Shown here: one piece after another, positions 10,512 to 19,460 of the stretch
How the letters are laid out: every line of letters begins with the position of its first letter
How positions within the stretch are numbered: position 1 is the stretch's first letter
Notes under the pieces: generated by a model
What the model was told of the DNA's origin: nothing
Database searches by the model: none
Seen by the model: only the letters and a program-made list of their open reading frames with translations
IMG/VR virus record: IMGVR_UViG_3300043464_002365
Location: 1 to 64,000 of that record
DNA from: a virus
Strand: one strand, 5' to 3'
DNA length: 64,000 bases
Program-made: the position numbers and the translations under genes

Positions 10512-11035
10512 TCATGGCCACTACTACTGTTCACATTGCCAACTTTGCCTTCATTCAAACTGCAAACGGACGGAGCCATTACTATCAGAACTATTTCTTT
10601 GGCAAGGATTTTGCTGCCGTAGCAGTGCCTGGCACTGCTAGCCCCGCTTATCGCTTTGCTCCGTTTCGCGCGGAAGGAGCATTGGCCGCATTGAATGGAG
10701 ATAATAGCATTCTGCGCCTACTATTCCCCCATAGTGAATTTACCATTGCGATGGTAGAAGAGGGCAATGGCAATAGACTTAGCCAGCTTTCATTGAAGAC
10801 AGTGTGGATGGCAAGCACTGGTGACATTACAGACTACGCCTCTTATAGTCTTGCTTCTGCTACGGCGCAATACGAAGAGTTTTACGTGGGCGTGGGAGCT
10901 TCATTCGATGATACAACTGTTGAACTCAGATTTCGCTCTGCAATGGACAGTGTAGGAGCAAACTTTCCGCGCCGTACATTCACTTCCAAAAACGTCGGCA
11001 TTTTACCATTGAATGCAGAAGTGAGCTTGCGATGA
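10508..11035 (+). CDS. Minor tail protein (gpL-like)
   Basis: Synteny; C-terminal FPRR motif. Confidence 0.55.
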   Translation: MIMATTTVHIANFAFIQTANGRSHYYQNYFFGKDFAAVAVPGTASPAYRFAPFRAEGALAALNGDNSILRLLFPHSEFTIAMVEEGNGNRLSQLSLKTVWMASTGDITDYASYSLASATAQYEEFYVGVGASFDDTTVELRFRSAMDSVGANFPRRTFTSKNVGILPLNAEVSLR

Positions 11036-11427
11036 TTAACGATTTGATTGGCCTTTCTTACGAGCGCAGGGCTCGTTTTTGCGAAGGAGAAGGCAAGAGC
11101 GATTGTTTTATGCTGGTTTGCGAAGCAAGGCGTCGTCTTGGTCTTTATGATTACGAAGATGATTTTCGATGGGCATACGATAAATATGATTCTGGAAATT
11201 TGCCCATGAGGCGAATCATTAGATGGCTTTTTGAAAATGGCAAAAGGACAAAAGAGCGAGAAGACGGAAACGTAGCAATTCTTCTTCCAATGCCAGGCGG
11301 TGAAATAGCAGTTGGCGTGGCCTATGATGGTGGAATACTTACAGTTTCGCGGGGAGGGCGATCATACTGGTCGCCGTCTTTTCCATCCTTAAAGCTGTTT
11401 AAAATGCTGCCTGATATCAAAGAATGA
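11032..11427 (+). CDS. NlpC/P60-like tail assembly protein (gpK-like)
   Basis: DLIGLSY...SDCFMLV motif. Confidence 0.65.
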   Translation: MINDLIGLSYERRARFCEGEGKSDCFMLVCEARRRLGLYDYEDDFRWAYDKYDSGNLPMRRIIRWLFENGKRTKEREDGNVAILLPMPGGEIAVGVAYDGGILTVSRGGRSYWSPSFPSLKLFKMLPDIKE

Positions 11428-14400
11428 GACGCCTCCTTCCCTACGAACGCGCTCTAATTGATGCTCTTCAAATTTCAGAAGAAGAATATTGGCAATTTTA
11501 TTTGGCGCGATTAAATTATCGCGATAGCAAAGAAGGCACCATCCTTGATGTACGCAATGGCCTAGAAGCGGGAACTATTGCCCTCATTCTCACCATTGTG
11601 GGCACCTTGGCGCAAGTGGGCGCCGCCTTGCTTGCACCAAAGCCTCAAGCTCCTGACCAAACAATGGGGCGACAGTCCCGAAATCAATTCTTTGCCCCAC
11701 GTTACGGCTTTAATTCCTTCCAAGAAGTGGCTCGCTATGGAGAGCCAGTCAATCTCATCTATACCAACATTGACGAGAACAAACTGGCAGGAGGCTTGCG
11801 CGTCAACACGTCTCTTGTTTGGTCTGCCGTTCATAGCTTTGGCACCAGTCAATACATGCAAATGCTTGCAGTGGTGGGCGCTGGCCCTATTCAAAGCTTT
11901 GCCTATGGCCGCACAGCGTTTGGCCAGACGCCATTAAGGGACTTGGCTTCTCAGCGCTACTTTCTTTACGCCAACGAAGGAGAAGGAAGGCTTTTCTTTG
12001 GCGACAAAAAGCTTCCTGGCGACTCTACTCTTGATCCTCTTTATACATCAAGCAGTGATTTAATTTGCAGTGTAATTGATAATGCCTACAACAGAACGCA
12101 AGGTTATAGTCAGGCATTTTCCCCTACCACTAGCTCATCATTAGGGCTGTATGATGTGGTTCCCTTGCGAGTGCAAGTGGAAGACAGAGATGATGAAGGC
12201 AAGTTAAAGCAGGATTCTCTTGGTATCAATGTTTCATCGGGACGAGGAGAATACTGGCCTTCTACATGGCCCACCACGGGAGTGCGCCCCTCTTTCCCTG
12301 CTGGTAATCAACTCACTATTATCTTTGAAGAGGATGATAAAAAACCCACCGATGGAGTAGAGAGAGCTGCTATTGACTTGCGCAGTGCGTACATTGGAAC
12401 CTTTGATTCAGCTAGTACTTATAAAATAGGCGCGGCAAAGTTTAAATTAATTTCCGATGATGTAAAAAATGGCAGTGATATTGAAGGCACGTTTATTTTT
12501 CAATGTTTTGAAAGCGGCGTGTTGTGCGAGGAGGATTATGCTACTCAACGTTACCAGCAAAATGAAGAAGACTTGCGCAGGCAGAAGCGTGAATTTGAAT
12601 CGGCAATTGAAACGTTAAACGCAGAAAAAGGTGCTGCTTTTGCTGAAAGGTTTAAAGGGCCTGGAGCCGATCGGATTGATGCGTTTGAGCGCGAATTAGA
12701 AGAGATTGATAATAACATTGAAAATGCCACTGCTATCCTCAAAGGTGACTTGAGTGGCACCGAGCTATTAAATGTTGTCAGAGACGAAGGTACATTTGGA
12801 GGAATTAGGCGCGACATTGAAACTTTAGAGGAACAGATTAAAAGATTAAACGATGAGATTGAGGCGTTACAAAACGAAATAGACCAGATAAGAGATACTC
12901 CAGCCAATCAAAGAACCAACTCACAGAAGAGACGACTCGATAGCGCAAGAGCTGAAAAAAATACAAAAATTGCAAACAAAAAAGAAAAGAGAATTGAACT
13001 CAGAGACCAATTTGCAAGACTTTCTACTCGTGCAATCGAGCAGGGTTTGTACGACAATAATAAAAATACCAACTTAAAAGAAGAGCGGCGTGCATTAAAA
13101 CAAAGGAAGCGTCGCCTTGAAAATCAGAGAGAAAAAATTGCGGCCACTGTTGAACGAGACTACGCGGCAGAGCAGGCAGCGCAAGCTGCATGGACAAGCC
13201 AATACAATTCTGCAAATAGTAATTTAAATAATACAATCAGGCTACTTAAAGACGAAGATTCCTGGAATGACTATTTCAACACGAAATGTATCGCCAAAGT
13301 GGATGAGATCAGATATGAAGCCGTCACAAAGTGCGAAGTAGTTAATTTTTCTTTTAAAGCTAAAATATTCCAGCGGATTCAGGGACGCATGAATAAATAT
13401 GCGGAAGTGGATCAACAGGGACACAAAGATAGCGACAATGGCGTCCGCAATCGCACCTCAATGTTTTGGCTCTGGTACAAAAAACCAACGGAAACGGAAT
13501 ACAAGCTTGTACCATACGTGTTTGGGGTGAGAAATGGGAAAGAGCTTGACTCCTATGTTAATTTAAGATTTGTTGCGCCTTCTAAGGAGAAATGGCAATT
13601 CAAGCTTGATCCAATTGTCGATCTTGCTGCTGAGCTGCGCACGCACAACTCTGGCAACGATATGCAGATGATTTATTTGCGAACCGCTGGTTATGGGGGA
13701 AGCATTGGCGGACAGCAGTTGTCTTTCGGGAATGGATTTTCGGTTGTTTATCGCGGAAGGAATCCTATAAGCACAATTCGTCGTCGACCGCCATTGAACC
13801 GCACTCCTAAATTTGTCGACGAATGGGGACTCTTTTCACTTCGTAGCGACACTCAGATTTCGTTCTCTTTTGAGAGCGGCCCGGAAATTACATTGGTAGC
13901 CGTTACGGAGCAGCAGAAGCAGCCCTTGACAAGTGATATTTACGATGGGATGTCAATGCTTGGTCTTAATATTTACAGCGGGCAAGGAGTGAGGGATTTG
14001 CGTACACTTAGCACATGGGTGAACAGAGGCAAGAAAGTAAGGAAGTTTTTAGACTTCAATGGTAGTTACGAAGACTCCCCTTCTAGCTCAACAAGTTATG
14101 CTCCTGAGATTTTTCTTGATACAGTGCTAGACGAAGAGAATGGCATCAAAGCTTATGCCAATATTAATGGAATTGACACAAAACAGCTCAGCATTTCTCA
14201 GGCTTTTTGCAAAAAAAATGAACTCTTCATGGACGGAGTGATTGCCGATCCAGGGGCTTGGCGAGAATTCTGGGCAGAAGCAGCTCCCTTTAGCCTGCTT
14301 GAATTTGCGCGCATTGGAGGAAGAGAAACACTAGTTCCCGCTGTGCCTTATGACAGTCTTTACCAAATTTCTAGACAGGTGCGCATTGAGGCTTTGTTTA

Positions 14401-15113
14401 ATCAGGGCAACATACTAGAGGACAGTTACAAGGAAGAGTTTCTTGACTATGGAGATAATACGCAGGACTTGATTGCCACAATTGTTTACAGAGACACGGC
14501 CAATGATAATGTGTTTCCCCAGAACACTAGCGTGCAAATTCACAAGAGTGACCCGGATTTTGTTGAAGCAAACAGTATTCGACAGACGTTTAATTTGTCT
14601 GCTTTTGTAAGCAGCAGAGAACAGGCTATTAAATATGGCAAATTACTTTGCCAGCAAAGACGCTTTTCTCGTCGAGCCATTGAATTCAAGACTTTCCCCA
14701 CTGAAAGCCCTGTTTCGCCTGGTTCATATATTTATGTGCAGCTTGATCAAAATCAATGGGACGACATTAGAAGTGGAATAGTAGAAGAAGATGGTCGTCT
14801 CAATATTCCACTAGCTGAAGATGCCGTAAATGGCTCCTATACAGTATTGCTTTACAACGGCCAAGACAGCCCAACCAAGCTTTCTTCTGTTTCTATTAGT
14901 GATAACCAGTCTTCGTCGCTAACCAGTTATGAGGGATGGCTTTTTGTGCTTGGCACTCAACTGACAACAAAGCGCGTCTTTCGCGTGACAGGAGTGTCCA
15001 TGGAAGAAGAAGGCGAAATTACAATCAGCGCCATTGAGCATCCATGTGATGAGAGTGGGGGCTCTACACTTTCCAAAATTGCTGACTTTGATGATGCTTT
15101 TGCCATTGACTAG
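11424..15113 (+). CDS. Tail tip/hub protein (gpI-gpJ-like) with coiled-coil insertion
   Basis: 1229 aa; ARYGEPVNLIY and ALFNQGNILEDSYK motifs, C-terminal ISAIEH; synteny. Confidence 0.75.
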   Translation: MRRLLPYERALIDALQISEEEYWQFYLARLNYRDSKEGTILDVRNGLEAGTIALILTIVGTLAQVGAALLAPKPQAPDQTMGRQSRNQFFAPRYGFNSFQEVARYGEPVNLIYTNIDENKLAGGLRVNTSLVWSAVHSFGTSQYMQMLAVVGAGPIQSFAYGRTAFGQTPLRDLASQRYFLYANEGEGRLFFGDKKLPGDSTLDPLYTSSSDLICSVIDNAYNRTQGYSQAFSPTTSSSLGLYDVVPLRVQVEDRDDEGKLKQDSLGINVSSGRGEYWPSTWPTTGVRPSFPAGNQLTIIFEEDDKKPTDGVERAAIDLRSAYIGTFDSASTYKIGAAKFKLISDDVKNGSDIEGTFIFQCFESGVLCEEDYATQRYQQNEEDLRRQKREFESAIETLNAEKGAAFAERFKGPGADRIDAFERELEEIDNNIENATAILKGDLSGTELLNVVRDEGTFGGIRRDIETLEEQIKRLNDEIEALQNEIDQIRDTPANQRTNSQKRRLDSARAEKNTKIANKKEKRIELRDQFARLSTRAIEQGLYDNNKNTNLKEERRALKQRKRRLENQREKIAATVERDYAAEQAAQAAWTSQYNSANSNLNNTIRLLKDEDSWNDYFNTKCIAKVDEIRYEAVTKCEVVNFSFKAKIFQRIQGRMNKYAEVDQQGHKDSDNGVRNRTSMFWLWYKKPTETEYKLVPYVFGVRNGKELDSYVNLRFVAPSKEKWQFKLDPIVDLAAELRTHNSGNDMQMIYLRTAGYGGSIGGQQLSFGNGFSVVYRGRNPISTIRRRPPLNRTPKFVDEWGLFSLRSDTQISFSFESGPEITLVAVTEQQKQPLTSDIYDGMSMLGLNIYSGQGVRDLRTLSTWVNRGKKVRKFLDFNGSYEDSPSSSTSYAPEIFLDTVLDEENGIKAYANINGIDTKQLSISQAFCKKNELFMDGVIADPGAWREFWAEAAPFSLLEFARIGGRETLVPAVPYDSLYQISRQVRIEALFNQGNILEDSYKEEFLDYGDNTQDLIATIVYRDTANDNVFPQNTSVQIHKSDPDFVEANSIRQTFNLSAFVSSREQAIKYGKLLCQQRRFSRRAIEFKTFPTESPVSPGSYIYVQLDQNQWDDIRSGIVEEDGRLNIPLAEDAVNGSYTVLLYNGQDSPTKLSSVSISDNQSSSLTSYEGWLFVLGTQLTTKRVFRVTGVSMEEEGEITISAIEHPCDESGGSTLSKIADFDDAFAID

Positions 15114-15158
15114 AGCTATTGCCAAATCTTGTTAGCATAAAGAAAAGCTTTTAAAGCA

Positions 15159-15566
15159 ATGCCTTTTTACACTGGTCGCACCGGCAAGTTGCGTCTTGGG
15201 GGAAGCGAGGTATCGAAGGTGCGCAACTGGACGCTAGATACGTCCGTGAACATGCTGGATACCACAGCGCTAGGGGACACTGCCAACACCTTCACTCCTG
15301 GGCTGTTTAGTGCTACGGGGAGCGCCACTTTGTCCTATTACAATGGCGACACGACGGACGTGACAAATCTTTTAGAAAGAATTACAAAAACTGGTGCCAT
15401 CACGGACACTGATGAAGTGGCTCTCACTTTTGAAGTGGGGAGCGATCAGCTTTTTATTGCTAATGCATTCATTAATAGCGCAAGTGTCACCTCGTCCACA
15501 GACGAACTTACCACAGTATCGTTTAATTTTACCATTAATGGACCGTTGACCACAGTAACCATTTAA
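15159..15566 (+). CDS. Tail-tube-fold protein
   Basis: VRNWTLDTSVNMLDTTALGD and VSFNFTING pattern typical of tail tube folds. Confidence 0.6.
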   Translation: MPFYTGRTGKLRLGGSEVSKVRNWTLDTSVNMLDTTALGDTANTFTPGLFSATGSATLSYYNGDTTDVTNLLERITKTGAITDTDEVALTFEVGSDQLFIANAFINSASVTSSTDELTTVSFNFTINGPLTTVTI

Positions 15567-15588
15567 GACCAGAGAGTTAAATAATCCA

Positions 15589-16437
15589 ATGACTTTTTTT
15601 GTTGGCCATACTGGCGCAGTGAGGCTCCAAAGGGGAGGGGATAATCAGTTTGTCTCGTCAGTTGCCCCAGATGATATCAACACATCGCTAAATCGTTTTG
15701 GCTTTGATGGTGGCGATACAAATTTAATTACGGGAGATTTTGTCTCGTTTTCAACGGACGATGCTCGTGGGCTAGAGTTTTTAGCTTCTGCGCCAGAAGC
15801 CATTAGTGCATTTGTCCACATTAACGCAGCAGGTGGTGTAAGGCTATTTCATAACTTTGCTGACGCAATCAATAACAATCGTGCAGCGGAAATTTCTTTG
15901 TCTAGTTTTAGCGGCGAGCCGTTAAGCATTATCGTTGAAATTCAAGATACTCGACACAACACGCTTGGTTCTGTCACTTCTTTTCAAGTGAATACTGACA
16001 GGGCTGCTCTAGACACCACTAGTCTTAGCGATGTTTTCAGGCAGCAATATTCGGCTGGCCTTCTTAGCGGCGGCGGTAGCATTGAGTGCTTGTTTAGTTA
16101 TGAAACATTAAATGCAGAGGAGGTGCCTTTATTCCTTTTGCAGGTTATTAATCGCCTTGACGTGGGCAGTGCGTTTAAAGCACTGCTATCATTGTCTTCT
16201 GTTGAAAAAATTGCTTCTTTTACAGAGGAGGTTTACTACGACATTGAGGCTGTTGTCACCAGAGCTGGAGTGACGGTTACGGCGGATGCCCTTGTTGCTT
16301 GCTCTATTGACTTTGTAACCACTGGAGAGTTCAAGCTTGTAGTTGGCGCTCCGTCTGATTACATCCTTAAGGAGGATGACGACGCCATCTATCTTGAGCA
16401 AAGCCTTGATTACCTATTGCAGGAAGTAACAGACTGA
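15589..16437 (+). CDS. Structural protein with tail-tube-like C-terminal domain
   Basis: VTSFQVNTDRAALDTTSLSD and SIDFVTTGE resemble the preceding ORF. Confidence 0.55.
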   Translation: MTFFVGHTGAVRLQRGGDNQFVSSVAPDDINTSLNRFGFDGGDTNLITGDFVSFSTDDARGLEFLASAPEAISAFVHINAAGGVRLFHNFADAINNNRAAEISLSSFSGEPLSIIVEIQDTRHNTLGSVTSFQVNTDRAALDTTSLSDVFRQQYSAGLLSGGGSIECLFSYETLNAEEVPLFLLQVINRLDVGSAFKALLSLSSVEKIASFTEEVYYDIEAVVTRAGVTVTADALVACSIDFVTTGEFKLVVGAPSDYILKEDDDAIYLEQSLDYLLQEVTD

Positions 16438-16492
16438 CAATGGTAGCGGTGGTTTAAGATTAGACTATATCTAGAATTGAATCTGCTAAGCA

Positions 16493-19450
16493 ATGGCCGA
16501 TCAGAGAATTACGGAACTCGTCGAACTTTCTCAGGCGGGCGTTGCTTCAAATGACGTTCTACCTATTGTAGACGTTACCGCAAGCCAGACAAAAAAGGTA
16601 CAGGTAAAGAATCTTATTCAGGCAGGCTTTGACCTGGCGGATGCCTCTACTCTTGATATTGCCAAAATTAACCAATCAAGCACTACAAAACTTGGAGCCA
16701 ATGCCATTGGATCTGGTGTTGTCTCCTACGGAAAGATTCAAAATATTTCAGCTACAGACAAAATCCTTGGCAGAGCAAGCGCTGGGTCTGGAACTATAGA
16801 AGAGATTGACTGTACATCTTTTGCTCGTTCTTTTCTGGACGACGCTGATGCTTCTGCAGTTCGTACCACTTTGGGCCTTGGTGCAGTCGCCACTGGCGAC
16901 ACAATTACCACTGCATTGATTGCAGACAGTGGAGTTACGTCAGTAAAAATTGCAGACGGCGCTGTTAGCTTTGCAAAGATTCAATCTATTGCCACTGACA
17001 TTCTTTTAGGGCGCAGCACTGCCGGAAGCGGTGCTGTTGAAGCTATTTCAATGACAGCGGCTGGTCGTGATATTCTTGCTGCCACAGATGTTGCAGCGCA
17101 ACGCACTGCGCTTGGTCTCGGTACGTTAGCCACACAAAGCGGCACCTTTTCGGGGTCATCCTCCGGTACAAATACTGGCGATCAGACAATTACGCTTTCT
17201 GGAGATGTCACTGGCACTGGTACCGCAGGATTTTCTACTACCATCGCAAATTCCGCCGTTACTTCCGCGAAGATTAATGATAGTGCTATCATCACTGCAA
17301 AATTAGACAATGGTGCCGTCACTGGAGTTAAGCTTGCTGACAACTCTTCTTCCATTGTCGCAGGATCTGCGCCCGTAGGAAGCGGGGAATTTATTGGCCA
17401 ACAATGGTTCAACACTAACACTGGATACGAATATTGCTGGACTGGATCTGCATGGCAAAGGCAGTCTGCTCTTTCGTCAATAACTCTTTCGGGAGATGCA
17501 GTTTATAGTTTTGCTACTTTGTATCCAGATAATTACACCGCAGAAGTTGTCGCATCTCTAAGCGAGCAAGTAGCTTCAAGATTTTTTGCTGGTCCTGCGA
17601 GTGGCGCTGCAGACGCTGTGCCCACTTTTCGTGCCATTGCTGCCACTGATCTTCCCGTGGCAACTGGGTCTGGACTGGGGGTGGCACAAGCGGGTTCCGG
17701 TCTTGTTGCCGTAAATGGGGCTTTTAATCATAGTAATACCGTTGCTTCCGGCAGTTATTACAAGGTAACTGTTGATAGTCAAGGCCATGTAAGTGCTGGC
17801 GAAGCTTCTCTTGTTGCGGCTGATATTCCTGGGCTTCCAGCAAGCAAAATCACCACAGGCACCTTTGGTAGTGGGCTAATTGCCGATGATGCGATTCTCG
17901 CGTCTAAGCTTGCTAATTACTCTGTGAGCCAATTTGGCGAAGCTCCGCCAGTGGCTGATTTTATTGGACAATTCTTCTTTAATCCATTGCAGAAGGATTT
18001 ATATCTTTGGGATGGTAACGTTTGGAACCCAGTGGGTATTAGCGTTGGTGAAATTATTTTTGCTGGCACTTATAACGCTAGTGGCAACATTGTTTCCAGC
18101 ACTAGCTCCGATGGTTCAGCCGTTGGCTTCACTATTAATGAAGCTCTGCCTTCACCTTCAAGTGTATTCAATCGGTACTACGTGGTGGTAGATAGTGGCG
18201 GCACTGGCACTTCGCCCGCCCCTGAATCTATCTTGCAGCCGCCCGATATTTTGCTTTGCAATGGTACAGCATGGGTGGAAGTCGATGTAAGCTCCACTTA
18301 TACCGCACAATCAGCTTCAAACGTTGCATTTACTCCTGCCTCTGGTGTTTCAAGCACAACAGTGCAGCTAGCCATTGAGGAAGTGGCAAATGAATCAAGA
18401 AGCGCAAGCAATATTAATGCTGGCGTTCTTGACGAAGCTTATGGAGGAACTGGCACTAATAGCTATACAAAAGGAGACATTTTAGTTGCTTCATCCGGCA
18501 CTGTTTTAACACAACTCACAGTGGGGAGCAACGGGCAGGTCTTAAGAGCTAATAGTTCGGCTGCCGCAGGTGTTGAATGGAGCAACGATTACGTTGGCAC
18601 GGTAACAAATGTCACTGGAAGCGCTCCCATCCAAGTGGCGAATGGTACAACCACTCCTTCGATTAGCGTTACTGCTGCAAGCACTAGCGCGGCTGGTGTT
18701 GTTCAACTTACTGATAGTGTTGGCACTACCAGCTCAGTTCTGGCGGCTACTGCCACCGCAGTGAAGACAGCCAATGATCTTGCTGCCGCAGCACTTCCAA
18801 GGGCGCTAAATAGTGCTCATGTGTTTATTGGTACGGTAAGCAATGTTGCGTCTGGCGTAGCTTTATCTGGCGATGTTTCAATTACCAACTCAGGCGTCAC
18901 TTCTGTTGTTGCTGGCAGCACTAGCACTGCAGGCAAGCTCCAGCTTACTGATAGCACAAGCAGTACAAGTACATCCACTGCGGCCACTCCTAATGCAGTG
19001 AAAACTGCTTACGACTTAGCAAATGCAGCGCTATTAAAATCTGGTGGCACAATGACTGGCGCCATCACTTTTGCCGTTGGTCAAACGATTAGTGGCTATG
19101 CGCAACTTGCCACTGCGCAGAATTTCACCGCTGCGCAACGGGGCTCTGTTGTGAGCGTAGCCGGAAGTGGCACTGTAACCATTGATCTTGCATTGGGGAA
19201 TAATTTTGCCGCTACATTGAGTGGTACGACTACTTTTGCCTTGCCATCTGGACTAACTGCAGGACAAAGCGGCGCACTGGTTTTAAGTCAAGATGGCACT
19301 GGTAGTCGATTGGTTGCTTTCTCTGGCTGGAAGTTTCCTGGAGGAACAGCCCCTACTGCTACTACTACTGCATCGGGAGTGGATGTTGTGGTTTACTACG
19401 TTGAAAGTGCGTCTAGAATTAGCGCACGCATGATTAATGACGTAAAATAA
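16493..19450 (+). CDS. Tail fibre protein
   Basis: 985 aa, S/T/A/G-rich, with VTSAKI repeats and GVVQLTDS...AAT..AVKTA fibre repeats. Confidence 0.85.
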   Translation: MADQRITELVELSQAGVASNDVLPIVDVTASQTKKVQVKNLIQAGFDLADASTLDIAKINQSSTTKLGANAIGSGVVSYGKIQNISATDKILGRASAGSGTIEEIDCTSFARSFLDDADASAVRTTLGLGAVATGDTITTALIADSGVTSVKIADGAVSFAKIQSIATDILLGRSTAGSGAVEAISMTAAGRDILAATDVAAQRTALGLGTLATQSGTFSGSSSGTNTGDQTITLSGDVTGTGTAGFSTTIANSAVTSAKINDSAIITAKLDNGAVTGVKLADNSSSIVAGSAPVGSGEFIGQQWFNTNTGYEYCWTGSAWQRQSALSSITLSGDAVYSFATLYPDNYTAEVVASLSEQVASRFFAGPASGAADAVPTFRAIAATDLPVATGSGLGVAQAGSGLVAVNGAFNHSNTVASGSYYKVTVDSQGHVSAGEASLVAADIPGLPASKITTGTFGSGLIADDAILASKLANYSVSQFGEAPPVADFIGQFFFNPLQKDLYLWDGNVWNPVGISVGEIIFAGTYNASGNIVSSTSSDGSAVGFTINEALPSPSSVFNRYYVVVDSGGTGTSPAPESILQPPDILLCNGTAWVEVDVSSTYTAQSASNVAFTPASGVSSTTVQLAIEEVANESRSASNINAGVLDEAYGGTGTNSYTKGDILVASSGTVLTQLTVGSNGQVLRANSSAAAGVEWSNDYVGTVTNVTGSAPIQVANGTTTPSISVTAASTSAAGVVQLTDSVGTTSSVLAATATAVKTANDLAAAALPRALNSAHVFIGTVSNVASGVALSGDVSITNSGVTSVVAGSTSTAGKLQLTDSTSSTSTSTAATPNAVKTAYDLANAALLKSGGTMTGAITFAVGQTISGYAQLATAQNFTAAQRGSVVSVAGSGTVTIDLALGNNFAATLSGTTTFALPSGLTAGQSGALVLSQDGTGSRLVAFSGWKFPGGTAPTATTTASGVDVVVYYVESASRISARMINDVK

Positions 19451-19460
19451 GGAGAGACAA

